Shown here: one piece after another, positions 36,620 to 49,349 of the stretch
Layout of the letters: each line of letters opens with the position of its first letter
How positions within the stretch are numbered: position 1 is the first letter of the stretch
DNA from: Camelus ferus
Taxonomy: Eukaryota
DNA: 64,000 bases
Direction of reading: 5' to 3'
Assembly: GCF_009834535.1 (NCBI RefSeq)
Contig: NC_045697.1
Coordinates: 77,254,001 to 77,318,000, forward strand
The notes under the pieces: model-generated
The model's input: only the letters and a program-made list of their open reading frames with translations
What the model was told of the DNA's origin: nothing
Database searches by the model: none
Translations under genes and position numbers: made by a program

Positions 36620-38510
36620 CACTCTCCCAGGTTTCTGTGCTACTCCACACGCTGCTCTACCAGAGACGCTTCCTCCTCCACACCCTGCTTTACGAGGGGG
36701 TACGTCCTACCAAGCTCTGCTCTACCCAGAGACTCCCTGCTGCACACACTGTCCTACCAGGGACAGCACTTACTCCACACTTGATACCAGAGGTCCTTCC
36801 TACTCACACACTGCTGCACAGGTCATGCTTCCTAGTAAGACACACCCCTACTCGGGATACTGACCTGGTGAACACACCGCTCTACTGGGGATACTTCCTG
36901 TTCCACACTGTCACGCCCAGAACACCTCCTCCTCCTCGCCCCGTTCTACACGGTTCCTTCCTACTCCACACAGCGCTCTACCAGGGGTTCATCTCCCTCT
37001 CCCGACCCTACACATTGCCTTCCCCGGAATTCTTTCTGTTCCACACACTGCTCCACGGAGGACACGTCCTTCTCCACACCTGTTCTACCAGTGACACTTC
37101 TTTCCTCACTGCTCCCCGACGGATACATCCTCTCCTTCCTACTCCACACACCGCTCTACCCGAGATGCTTCCTACTGCACCCTCTGCTCTCCCCGGGCCC
37201 TCCCTCCTCCAGTGTCCTACGTGGGTAATTCTACCCCACACTGCTCTATGTGAAGTACGTCCTACTAAGACAGCGCTCTACCCAAGGACACCCCTTTACC
37301 TGGACACCTCCTACTAGACAGCGCTGTGCCCGGGGACACCTCCCTATCATACACGATGCTCACCAAGGATACTTCCCGCCCCACATGCTGCTCCACGGGG
37401 ATCCGTCCCACTCCGCACACGGTCCCCTGGGACACTTCCTACACCGCTCAGTGGAGGACACTTCCTAGGAAGACTCCCCTCTACTCAGGGACACTGTCCT
37501 ACTGAGCACACAGCTCTCCCAGGTTTACTTCCTACTCTACATACTGCTCTACCCCAGATGCCTCCTATCCCATTAACCCCTCTACCCGGAACACTTCCTA
37601 CTGTTAGAGCAGGAGGAGAGCTAGATATGAGCAGAGAAAGGGGACACAGACCAAAGGGCAGTCAATGGGCAGAAAGGAGGGCCACAGGCCAAATGCAGGA
37701 AACTAGACATTATGTAAGCACCAGGGGTCCCTGGCAGAGAAAGAAAAGCAGGAACCTCTGGGCTGATAAGTGGTCACACCTTTGGGGGTGCTAAGTGGCT
37801 CAAGGACAACAAAGAAAGGTGGGAAAAGGCAGGAATCTCCAGTGTCCAAATGTTAACCTTTTGCTCATTATGCCCTCATTTCAATAAAATTAGCTTTGCA
37901 GATTAGAAGTACCCATCATGCACTGATGCACCTTGACACTTCTGATCCAGACTAAATAAGGACAAAAATCCCTTCTCCCTTTGGGAAGGTGGAGTTGGGA
38001 TGAAAATCAGGGAATATGACCCCAGACCCTTCCCTCCCTACTGAATATTCCGCCCACTAATTTTTACACCCTATCTAACCAACTTGCCAAAGAAACCCAG
38101 GGCAGCCACTCACCTGAGCCTGCCCATTCTCCCCTTGAGTGTACTATCCATCCTTCAATAAATTCCCACTTTACTTTTTTAACCACCACATCATTTCTGA
38201 ATTCTTTCTGGGATGGGACAAGAACCTGGAACACCAGTTACATTCACCGGTAGCACTACAACACACACCGACACACCAGGGTAACCTAGTCCACACACTG
38301 CTCTCCCGGGATACTTCCTACTCACGATGCTCCACTGAGGATACTTCTTATTCCACACACTGTTCACTGTTCCTCCTGGGGTTACTTCCTACACACACGC
38401 TGTTCTAACTGGGATTCTTCCTACTCCACAAACTGCTCTTCCCTGAATACTCATCGCAGAACTTGCCTACAGAGATTACTTCCAACTCCCCACGCTGCTC
38501 CACTGCGGCA
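36620..38510 (+). repeat. Degenerate ~32-33-bp tandem array (about 38 units), consensus ~CTTCCTACTCCACACACTGCTCTACCAGGGAYA, split by an LTR
   Basis: Recurrent cttcctactccacac / ctgctctacc anchors about every 33 nt at 36620-37601 and 38256-38510. Confidence 0.85.
37602..38255 (+). mobile_element. ERV1-type solo LTR (654 bp) with 4-bp TSD CTAC
   Basis: TGTTAG...TAGCA termini; CTAC at 37598-37601 and 38256-38259; AATAAA at 38157-38162. Confidence 0.85.
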
Positions 38511-39104
38511 GTGCAGGGATTTCTCTCCTTCCATTGACAAAAGCATTCCAAGATCTACCTCCTTTTAATAACATTCCTCCTTATCATTAAACCAACTATG
38601 CAATAAAGAAACAGAATCACTCAAACTAGACACATTAAATCCATATCTGAAAGCCAATCACCTTCACCTCTCAAGAACCCGCAAGGGTTGGAAAGCACGT
38701 CTCTTTTGCAATGCCCAAAGTAGCAGGAGACCCAGCAGTTCACTTTTTGCAGCCTTTGCACCATACTGGCTAGTGAGCTTGAGGCAGCTTCAAGTGTACC
38801 CGGCAGAAGCTGTGCCCAATAGCCTTTCACCAAACTAACTCAAGTTCTTGATGGTGGAAGCACTGGAGATGCACACTTAATTGGGTCTTCACAGTTCCTT
38901 TCTCATAGTCTGAGGAAGGAGCCTCACAGTTCTCCCAGCTGGGTGGAATTTAAGTAGTGCATTTGGGTTGTCTCAAATATTGCCCCCAGCTTATAGATTT
39001 TGGAAAGACAGCTAATTTTAAGTAGCTCAAGATTAATCTGTTTTAAACGACATTCAGTTTCAAAGTTAACAGATACGACAATCTCAGTGAGGCATTTTTT
39101 TTAA

Positions 39105-39141
<37 letters not shown>

Positions 39142-39529
39142 ACTGTTAATATGATGGATGCAGAAAGAAACTGGGCTCTGGTCCTCGCAGCTTCTAACCT
39201 TCACTTAATACAAATAAGGCAGGCTGTATCCTGTAATACCAATTACTGACCATTCTGTTCTAAGCAATTTGCTGAATCGGAAGAGAAAGCTATGGAGACG
39301 GACAGAAACTGCAGTTCCAATACTTTTCTGGAGCTGACAGATTTTCCCCAACTTTCAGAGAAAATAACCTGTGACTCTGTCGTGGTCACTTTAAACTGTA
39401 TGCACCCAGCCGATAAGCTTTCAGGAAGGGTGTGCTTTAAGGAGTATCATTATACTGCATGAATACAAAGAAACTAGCTAAGAGGTTACATAGCTTTGTT
39501 GACATGAAGAAAACAACATTTAATTGACA

Positions 39530-39612
39530 GGGTAGGGGTGGTTAATAGCTAAGTGGTGGAGCGCATGCATGCCTGAGGTCCTGGTTCCCTAGTATCTCCA
39601 TTAAAAAAAATC
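39530..39612 (+). mobile_element. Degenerate tRNA-Ala-derived SINE
   Basis: atagctaagtggtggagcgcatgcatgcctgaggtcctggtt...ctccattaaaaaaaa. Confidence 0.7.
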
Positions 39613-40299
39613 TTAATGAGGGAGATACCCTATATAACATATATAATATATTATCCTTATATAAGGATTTATAAACTCCTGTTCATTTGTAATCTACTTA
39701 TCAAAAATGACTCCGTTATTAAATCTCTTGACTTCTTCTCACTTCTGGCCTCGGATTTAAGCAATCTTTCCACCATAATGCAACCACCACCTTTGCTCCT
39801 TAAACCAGTTAATTTTTACAAAACCAACCAATCACTCCCTTTTCCTCCACATAATGGAGGAAATGATAATAATAATGCCCCAGGCTACCATCTGTGGATG
39901 GCGTGGTACTTCAGATAACTTTATCTCACTCTACTCCACACTCCTGAGGCAGGGAAAGTGCCAGAGGCTTGTCCAAGGTCTGTGTCATGGAATTGGGGCT
40001 GAAAGAGATTCTGCCCGTAGACTCCAAAGTCTCTGGACTCCGGGTCACCATGCTAAAACCGCTCCCACCAGAGACCAGAAACCTTTTTAAACTAAGTGTT
40101 CATCTCTCCAAACTTCTGTATCTACTGTCATTGTCTTCACTCATTGCAGTATCTATGAAAATCTAGCTACACTATCAACAATTTGTTTAATAATCCTGTA
40201 TTAAGTGACTCATATCAGGCCTGGAATACCCTGGAAAAGGGGTGGGTTGGAGAAAGAAAAGGAAGGGAGCAAGCAGGAAAAGGACTGTGATGAAAACAA

Positions 40300-41800
40300 C
40301 GGAGGGGGACATGCGGTGACTCGTAGTCCCTGCAAGGCTTTCCCCCTCTCACACGGGTTCCGAAGGGGAAACGGCCACTAGACAGACAGTACGCTGCCTG
40401 TTGTCCAGGGCAAAGCCATTTCCTGAACGACCCATGGAGACTTCTACAACTTGCCCGGGGAGCAAGGCTTGTTTTCTGCAGCAAAGTATAAAAAGCTCTG
40501 AAATGAACGCATTCTCCCAGCGCTTCGAAACCCCCTCCCCCGCCGCCGCTTTCCCTCCCCCCGCCCCATGGCCGGCCTCAGAGTTTCTAAACCTTATCAG
40601 TAATATAATTAGCAAGTGAGAGGGAAGAACGTGCTAAAGCAAGCGTTTAGGAGTTGATTATTTTGTAGAGAAAAGTTGTTGCGGCTTTAACTCAAATTCA
40701 CGAATAGCTGCAGGTTTCCTGGACGCACACGAGCCACGCGGGCTGTGCAGCGGCGGAGGGCCAGGCTTCTGTCTCCGGGTCCGGTGCCGGCAAGCCTCTG
40801 CCCCGGCACTCCCGCAGGCCCGTCACGCTCCACTGTTACCGCATGCAACCACTTTTTACTTAGAAGTGGGAAAACGAAACGAGATACAACCGCTCCAAAT
40901 CAGCTTTTACTATGACCAGGTGCAGGAGACGCCAGGACCCACCAGGCCGGCCTTTTATAGTTTAAATATCCCGACGCCGGGAAAGAGATCAGCGCCCAGA
41001 GACAAAGACGGCCGGGGCACGCCCCAGCGCCGGGCGCCGCCAACTAGGACTGCAGGGAGGCTGCGGCAAGGTCCCCGAGCTGTTTTTCTGAGCTCCAAAG
41101 CTAAGCTGTCCCCAGGGAAGCTGGGCGCTTCCCTCCAAGACTCTCAACTTCTTCCGGCCGCCCAGCAAAGCCAGAGGAGCCCGCGTCCCCACTCTTGCCC
41201 GCGCGCCCCCTCAGTACCCGCCGCCTACCTGCACAGCCCGTCCCTCGGAGCTCCAGCGCCGAACTCATGTCGGCCGAGGGCGCAGCACGGACTCCCGGAC
41301 CGGCCCCAGCTTCCTGCAGCCTCGGCCGCAGCCCCCGCCCCTTCCTCCTCCCACTCCGCCCCCGCGCCCGTGCTCCCTGCCCGCCGCCCAGTGGGCTGGG
41401 GGTTTGGGTGTGGTCGCGCCCCGGGCGGGTGCCTGAGGCCGAGTTAAGGCCGCTGTCCCTCACTCGGGGCTCGCGGGGTCAGGGCCTCCGGGGAGGCAGG
41501 GGAAGCGGACGACCGCTTGCCGCCTGGAGAGGTGCCAGTTCCTATCCCAAGAACAAACGGCCCCGGGGTAGGAGGCGGTAGGCAATTTCAGATCACCTGC
41601 GGGAGCGAGGGAGGGCCCGCTCAAGCCCCGCCCCAAACGTTTGCTCTTCCCGACTCCCTCCAAGGTACAGGGGCTTGTGAGTGCTTTCCTGTTTCTGCGT
41701 AGTCCTTTTCCCGGTGCGAGTTATTTCATAGGACTTGTAATAGTTTATAATAGTTTACAGTATTTTAAAACGCTCTTTGTATAGCGGATTCGAGACAAAG
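40300..41800. promoter_or_regulatory. CpG island / TATA-less CASP6 promoter with GC boxes
   Basis: GC- and CpG-dense stretch around exon 1. Sp1-type CCCCGCCCC at 41333-41341 and about 41625, CTCCGCCCC at 41354-41362. Confidence 0.85.
41229..41268 (-). CDS. CASP6: CASP6 exon 1 coding part, MSSALELRGTGCA(G)
   Basis: ATG at 41268 inside a CpG island; donor CAG|gtagg. Phase 1 matches exon 2 and places TETD at D23. Confidence 0.88.
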
Positions 41801-42296
41801 TAAACTAGAACAACGGGAATTTCAAGTCTGGCTTTCACAGGGAGAGTTAATTCGGGGAAGGAATCATACAGAAACTCAGCGGATTTTGGGGTCTACAGAT
41901 TATGGCTTTTATTGAGCCAGAGCATGTTTGTTCCATTGGATTGTTCCTCTTTGGGTGATGGGGTATTGTGTAAATTTACTTCAATGAACAAGTCTGAGAT
42001 TGGAAGAAAAGGCGTCTTCCTCTTTTGTAACTCCTCTGGGCCAGCATTTAAAAAGTAACCAACATCGGACTAGGGGAAAAAATGTGTTAAGGCACCGTTT
42101 GTTTGTTTCTCTCTTTCCTCTCTCTCTTTTGGCACAGTTTCTAATACATTACAATAAGTACAAGGGATCAGTCTTCTATAAATATAAATATTGCTCTATT
42201 ATTTGGGAGAGGAAATATAATCTAACTTGATATCTTTCCCTACGTGTGCTTGTGGTTCAAAAGTCTTGCTTGTTCATTGAATAGAAAGTGGAATCA

Positions 42297-42421
42297 GCGG
42301 GGAGGATATAGCTCAAGTAGTGGAGCGCATGCTTAGCATACACTAGGTCCTGGGTTTAATCCCCAGCACCTCCTTTAAGACTAAATTAAAAAACCTAATT
42401 ACCTCCCCCCTAAAAAAAAAT
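42297..42421 (+). mobile_element. tRNA-Ala-derived SINE with TSD GTGGAATCA
   Basis: TSD at 42288-42296 and 42422-42430. Confidence 0.9.
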
Positions 42422-42569
42422 GTGGAATCAAAGGAGAATTTTACTCACACCATAACAATTACTGTTCATCTCACTGTACACAAACTATTTCAAGAATCAC
42501 TGTCTTAGTAATTCATTCTGCAGTGAAGACATGGAATATCAACATCTCCCTCATTTTGCACTGCAGCAA

Positions 42570-44520
42570 AAATAAGCTACTTAGGAGTAAACCTACCGAA
42601 GGAGGTAAAAAGACCTGCATTTGGGAAACTATAAGACACTGATGAAAGAAACTGAAGATGACAAAAACAGATGGAAAGATATACCATGTTCTTGGACTGG
42701 AAGAATTAATATTGTTAAAATGGCGATACAACCCAAGACAATCTACAGATTCAATACAATCTGTATAAAAATGCCTTTTTTCCCAGAACTAGAACAAATA
42801 ATCTTAAAATTTGTACAGAAACACAAAAGACCCTGAAGGGCCAAAACAGTCTTGACAAAGAACAGAGCTGAATCACATGCCCTGACTTCAGACTATACTA
42901 CAATGCAACGGTAGTCAAAACAGTGTGGTACTGGCACAAAAACAGACACGTAGATCAATGGAACAGGATAGAAAGTCCAGAAATAAACCTACACACTTAT
43001 GGTCAATTAATCTACGAAAAAAGAGGCAAGAATATACAATGGAGAAGAGTCTTCAATAAGTGGTGCTGGGAAAACTGGACAGCTACTTGTAAAAGAATGA
43101 AATTAGGACATTCTTGTTACACCAAACACTCTTTGACATAAATCACAGCCAATATTTTTTTCTGATTCGTCTCCTAAAGCTAAGGAAACAAAAGTAAAAA
43201 TAAATAAATGGAACCTAATTAAACTGAAAAGTTTTTGCACAGCAAAGGAAACCATTGACAAAATGAAAAAACAATCTACTGAATGGGAGAAGATATTTGC
43301 AAATGATATGACCCATAAGGGGTTAATAGCCAACATGCATAAACAGGTCAACATCAAAAATCAAACAACCCAATTAAAAAATGGGGAGAACTGAATACTC
43401 ATTTTTTTGTGGGTTCTGTCTGGCAGAAGTCCCACTAAGACAGAATGAATTAATTGAGACTCTGTGGAAAGTCAAGAGAGCGAGAGGGAGTCAGGGATCA
43501 GCTTCACGAGCCTCTCAAATGCTCCCACATTTATTATGCACAATCAAAGGAAAAATCATCAATAGTTGTGTCATGGGATGTAGAAGCTTAAGGAAAGACA
43601 GAACCCGGTAGAGATTATAGAATCCACAATGAGTACAAAGGCTTAACTAATCTTCAGGACAGACATGGGGAGAGGGGAACAAGGTACACTCTTCAGACAT
43701 AAGATGTTGATTACAAAACAGACAACCAGACCAGCCAGTTCCTTGCCTTGGGGGTTACAGACTATCTAAACAGCAGAAATCATGCCCAGTGTTTATAGCT
43801 GAGGGCATAGGTCTTTGCAATGAGAAGAGTAAACCCTAAACTATGGACCTATGCTTAAAACAAGCCATGTCCTGCGTTTATAGCAAGGGACACAAAATGG
43901 CTTTGCCATTGGAAGCAGCCCTAAGCTAGAACCTCAACTATGCAAGCAAGGCATTATCTCTGCTTTTTACAGCAAGGAGACAGGAGTGCAGATGCACCAG
44001 CGCCTGATAGCAAAGCACATTTGTTTTTCCTAAAGGTCACAAGCAGCTGGGGTCTGTTACAATTTATTAACCCAATCACGGGCTCCCACAATTTTTCCAA
44101 AGAGGAAATGGAGATGGTCAACAGGCATATGAAAAGATGCTCAATATCACTAATTATCAGGGAAATACACATCAAAATCACAATGTCACCTCACACCTGT
44201 CAAAATGGCTTTCATTAAAAGACCACAAATGATAAATGTTGGCAAGGATGTGGAGAAAAGGGACCCTTGTACACTGTTGGTGGGAATGTAAATTGGTGTA
44301 GCCACTATGGAAAATAGTATGGAAGTTTCTCAAAAAACTAAAAATAGAACTACAACGTGACCCAGCAATTCCACTCCTGGGTATATATCTGAAAGAAACA
44401 AAAATACTAATTCAAAAAGATACATGCACCCCAATGTTCATAAGCAGCATCATTTACAATAGCCAAGGTATTCAAGCAACCTAAGTATCCATCAACAGAT
44501 GAATAGATAAAGATGATGTG

Positions 44521-44556
<36 letters not shown>

Positions 44557-44990
44557 GAATACTACTTAGCCATAAAAATGAAACTTTACTACTTGCAGCA
44601 ACATAGATGGACTTGGAGGGTATTATGTTAAGTGAAGTAAGTCAAAGAAGGACAAATGCTATGTGATATATGTGGAATTTAAAAAATACAACAAACTAAT
44701 GAACAAAACAAAAAAAGAAGCAGACTCACACGCAGGTATAGAGAACAAACTAGTGGTTACCAGTGGGGAGAGGGAAGGGAGGAGGGGCAATATAGGGGTA
44801 AAGGATTAAAAGCTAGAAACTATTACGTAAAAAGTAAGCTATAAGGATATATTGTATAACACAGGGAATATAGCTGATACTTTATAATAACTATAAATGA
44901 AGTATAACCTTCAAAAATTGTGAATCACTATACTGTATACCTGTTAAAATATAACACTGTACATCAGCTATGCTTCAAAAACAATTCAGT
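42570..44990 (+). mobile_element. 5'-truncated L1 (ORF2 C-terminal part plus 3'UTR) interrupted by an LTR at 43408-44090
   Basis: ORF2-like [32 protein letters not shown] and [21 protein letters not shown]; resumes as [15 protein letters not shown] after 44091; (CA)n at about 44523-44553. Confidence 0.9.
43408..44090 (-). mobile_element. ERVK/ERV2-like solo LTR (683 bp)
   Basis: TGTGGG...CCCACA termini; about 6-bp TSD (attttt); on - strand, TATAAA at 43882 and 43797 and AATAAA at 43535. Confidence 0.8.
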
Positions 44991-45009
44991 AAAAAAAATA
45001 GTCACACCA

Positions 45010-45195
45010 ACAAGATTGTACTGTGTAGCATAGGGGAATATATACAGGATCTTATGGGGGCTCACAGCAAAAGAGAATGTGACAGTGAATGTATGTATGT
45101 TCATGTATAACTGAAAAATTGTACTCTACGCTGGAATTTGACACAACATTGTAAAATGACTATAACTCAATAAAAAAAATGTTTAAAAAAAAAAT
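45010..45195 (+). mobile_element. Short lineage-type L1 3' end
   Basis: ctggaatttgacacaacattgtaaaatgactataactcaataaaa; flanked by A-run+tcacacca repeats. Confidence 0.75.
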
Positions 45196-45999
45196 CACAC
45201 CAGCTTGGAAAAAAAAATCTCCCTCATACGGTGGTTGTGATGATTGAGTTAAATTACTGTACTCAGAACATTATCTGGCTTATGAAGAGCTCAATAAATT
45301 ATTTTATTGCCACCATCTTAGGCTAACTGAAAGCAGACCTTTGCCTTCTTTTGGTTTCCCCTTTCTGAGCAGTTGCTTAGTGTATAGTAGGTGCTCAATA
45401 AATATTTATTCATTGAATGAGATTCAGGGTCTCAGCCTTTGTACTCTGACCTTCATCCAGTTTGAATGCGTTATCTGATCACCAGCACTTTCTGGCCTTT
45501 CGCCTAGTTTTCAGGCTCTTCTCTGCTGGAGTCCTGAAAACACTCCCTCTATAGAAGCGGAACACCATTTATCTAAAAGGAGCTGATGGAAGGAATTTTT
45601 TTTTTCCCCTGAGTATCTTGTTATCTCAGAATACTGTATTGCTTTTATAGCAACAAAATATATAATTTCAAAGTAAGATTTTGTCTACCTTAAGACAAAT
45701 GCAAAGCATTAGGATACTTATTTCAGTTATGAATGTTTAGTTTTTGCCTTTTAAAGCAATAGCTGAGGTGATCCCAGTAAAGAGGGGAAGTACCTGGGAT
45801 TGGGAAACAGGCTGCCGAGGTTCTAATCCTGACTCCACCATTTTATCAGCTGGGAGACATTGGTAAGTAAGGCAATTTAACCTCTCCCAGCTTCAAATTC
45901 TTCTCTGTAAAACGGGGACCAAATTTACTCAATCGTTTTTGAGACAGTAACTGCCAACAGGAAGTTTTCAGCACATTATTTTTAGCTGAAGATTACCTA

Positions 46000-46180
46000 G
46001 ACCAGTTCTCAAAGTGTGGTCTCTGAAGCAGCAGATTGAACATCATCTGGGAACACACTAGAAATGCAAACTCTTGAGACCTGCAGAGTCAGACCTACTG
46101 AATGAGAAACTGGGGGTGGGGTCCAGCAGCATATTTTAACAAGCCCTCCAGTGACTGTGCTGCATGCTTCTGTCTGAGAC
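46000..46180. mobile_element. MER5A-like hAT MITE
   Basis: ccagttctcaaagtgtggtc...catctgggaac...agaaatgcaaa...ttttaacaagccctccagtga. Confidence 0.75.
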
Positions 46181-47559
46181 ACAGACTACTTAGACTCCTA
46201 CCAAGCAATCTCTTCCTTTTCAAAGAAAAAAAAAACCCAAAGCAAATCCATATTATTAAAATAATTAAGATATACTAAAGACCAAAAGTTAACTGATAGG
46301 ATGGCTTGATTCTTGCCATTATGAATAGTCACTTTTATGGAATTTACTGAAACTGAAGATCTTAGCCAACTGTTACCTATCCAAGGAATGAAATTTATGG
46401 AATAAAATTCAGAGATAACTCTTTTAACACTTAAACTTTAGCCTTTTTTTCAGTGTTTATCCCACCAAACCTTGTTTTTTTTCTATATGAATCACAGAAA
46501 TACCAAATTTCTATAATTCTAATTCCTACACTTAAGAAAACCTGACAGCCAACAAAGAAATGTTTGTAAAGTTGTCAGCAAGACTTCGAAGGATGTTCTG
46601 GAAATCTAACAAGTCCAAGACAAGAAAGCGTACCATCACTGTGGCCTGTATGCAAAGATGACACTGCTGATCCGGTTTTAGTTATTTTCATTGATAACTA
46701 TTTTTCATATACTGGTTGTACCAATTCAGTGAGGAAAAACAGCAAACTAAAGGGGCTATTCAAATTATTATAGCCAGGTGTTATATAAGACTTGAATGAA
46801 AAGATTGCAGGCAATACCTGTTAGTTTTGAACAGTACAACATAGTACATGTGGAAGGATCTTACAAAGTAGGTTTCACTCTACTCCCCAAAGTTACTGAA
46901 GTCAGTCTTCTAAAGAGTTGTTTTTATAGAGACTCCCTTGTTTTCATCTTGTTAGATGTTATTCTAGTTTTGTACCAGGATAAAATAATGACCATTTTGA
47001 CCTTCTGATAATCTTGTGTTTCTGTAAATACTGACAGAAATCCAACCTTTTCATTTTAGGGAGAGGTAGTTATAAACTAACAAAACAACTTTTTAATTAG
47101 TTTTGCCAGTCTAGATTAGTCTAGGAGGTCACTGAAGGAAACCCTGCTCAAGATGTGTTTAATTTGCTTTTGCTCTCATATTTCAATTCTGTCTTCATTA
47201 CAGCTTTTTTGTGCCTCACTTTCTCTACCTACGAAATGAATACAGCCACACCTGTCCCTGGAAGAAGTGTGTCAAAAGACTTTAAAGAGACAACCACCAT
47301 TTGAAGGCAATATAGTTTTATTATTTTTAAATATCAATATATGTCTTGCAAAGAGCTACTAAAAGCTAGTTTTGTTTTGTTTTTGCTTTTTATTAATGTA
47401 TTCTGCGGATAGGGAAAACACCATCCTTAAATGTATAGTATATACATTATAGTATACACATCCTTAAATGAAAAGTATATGCCTTGTTATATATAATTCA
47501 AGTAAAGACAGTATGAACTCATTCAGCTTAATATATATATACACACACAGAAAAATTAC

Positions 47560-48630
47560 AGATATGTACATGTGTTAATAGACAGATATTTCCTAGCTTT
47601 GTTTGCTGGGAGGGTCTAGAAGCAGTGACATCAAAGTAGCAACAGGCATATGCAATGTCCAGATCTTAGCTCCCAAGTTCCATTACAAACCATTCTACAA
47701 CAAAAGGAACCTTAGAAGAGGCTGGTTCTAGAGCTGCTACTGGGAAAATACAAGGTGAGCCTGAAGCAACTTTCCTGCTTTCTTCTCAGAAAGTATAGAG
47801 GTGCTCAAATGTCAAAAGGATGGTGTGGGTCAAAGAGACAAAGGAGCAAAACCTGACATAACTCCCAACAGCCAAGCTGAAATGTGTGAATATTACCCAC
47901 AGTATAAAATATACATTGGTCCATACTGATACAAATAATTGAATAATAAATGGGGGAGACAAGAATTTCAAGTACTACATTTAGACATACTCCCCCTTCC
48001 AGGAGGTACAACATAATCTTGCCCACCCCTCACTTCCCAGAGACAGGACTTGGTGACTAGCTTCCAAGGAACAGGAGCACAGAAAGGGAAAAATGGTAAC
48101 TTCACAGTGGACAAAACTAAGACACTAACTTACCCAAGTGTCCAGAGTTAACACAACATCAAGTTGACAGCATTCAACTACTGATATGATTTGATGAGAA
48201 GAACTCTTTACTTACGTGGTTTTCTTCCTAAAAATCCACAACTCTAGTCCAAAAATGAGGAAAACATCAGACTAACCCAAAGTGAGGGTCATTCTAGGAA
48301 AACACCTGACCAGTACTCCTCAGACCTGTCAAGGTTATGAAAAACAAGTGAAGACGGAGGAATTGCCACAGACCAGAGGCCTACAATAACTACAGTGTGG
48401 AATCCTGGAGTGGATCCTGGAAAAGAAAAATGCCATTAGTGGGAAAAGTAGTGCAATCCAAATAAAGTCCGGAGTTTCGTTAATAGTAATTACTAATGTT
48501 GGTGCCTTAACAAATGTTTCATGGCCATGTAAAATGCTAACATTAGGGGTAAGGAGTATACAAGAAGCCTCTATACTATTTTTGCAACTTCTCTATAAAT
48601 CTAAAATTATTCCTAGACAAGTTTTTTAAA
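47560..48630 (+). mobile_element. Old L1 (L1MC/ME-like) 3'UTR fragments
   Basis: gaggaaaacatcagactaaccc...gaccagtactcctca...ctatttttgcaacttctctataaatctaaaattattcc. Confidence 0.65.
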
Positions 48631-49343
48631 ATCGGAACATTAAAAAAAAAACAGTTTTTACTGATAATTGTACATAATGTATGACCGTCAATTAGATATT
48701 TTACAAAGACATTCTGACTTTGTCTTCTTGAGAAAGCCAACGCTGCCAAGAAAATCCATGAATCTATTATAAGTTTCAAGTTACCTGATCAAGTATTTCA
48801 GCTGGAGCCCAGTTTGCTCACTTAGCTATGAGGGATATGTTGCTTTGTCTAACAGAGGACACATCTATTACCAGGACAGCAGCCACCATCTCCATTTACG
48901 AAGCTATCGGGTTCTCAGCAATGACATATTTTCAAAGTGGCCCTTTTCCCAGAAAATATTTCTCGTTCTCCCAGTTCTGCCCGTAATGATTTAAAAAGAA
49001 CCACTTCTCCTGGTGCTGTCTTTCTCTGACTTTCTAAGCAGTTTCATCTTAGTAACTTTGGCAGCAGGTTACGCAAATGTGAAGGCTTGGGACCCTGGGG
49101 TAGGGAAAGCCAGTGGCAAGCAAAGAGTGACAGAGGAACACAGCTGAGCTTTCCAAGGGACTGAAAAGCTTTCAACACTCACATTTTCAGAGGCAGCTGG
49201 AAGTTCCAGAATTTGTCCTTAAACATCTGTTAATAATTTTCAAGTGAATGAGAGCTCTATAAAAGAGTTTTGTATCTTGCTTTTCCATCTCTTTTCACTC
49301 CACAGTTAAAGACTTTAAAAACCCAACAATATCAAGAACAATT

Positions 49344-49349
49344 TTTATT
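49344..49349 (-). terminator. Candidate poly(A) signal for PLA2G12A
   Basis: TTTATT on + (AATAAA on -) about 850 nt past the stop. More distal signals exist, e.g. about 47317. Confidence 0.4.

Larger units (their letters stand above)
28030..41268 (-). other. CASP6: CASP6 gene, complete coding span: complement(join(28030-28268,28911-29070,31971-32146,33947-34023,34440-34586,35092-35134,41229-41268)); 293 aa
   Basis: Exon lengths 40+43+147+77+176+160+239 = 882 nt in one open frame. Contains the TETD prodomain site, SHG catalytic His, QACRG catalytic Cys, and DVVD/TQVD linker sites. Confidence 0.98.

Noticed and set aside
36637..37317. 226-aa ORF rich in LLHT motifs, the longest in the track
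   Set aside because: Product of the ~33-nt C-rich tandem array; GTG start, low complexity, antisense within an intron, no recognisable domain.
36620..38510. CRISPR-like array
   Set aside because: Units are adjacent and degenerate with no unique spacers, no cas genes, and the context is mammalian.
40866..41702. Overlapping 120-193-aa ORFs
   Set aside because: Stop-poor GC-rich CpG island. Only the 40-nt CASP6 exon 1 portion is supported.
42297..42375. tRNA-Ala gene (likewise 9285, 13900, 23930, 56740)
   Set aside because: These have SINE tails, TSDs and disrupted stems; they are retroposed SINEs, not tRNA genes.
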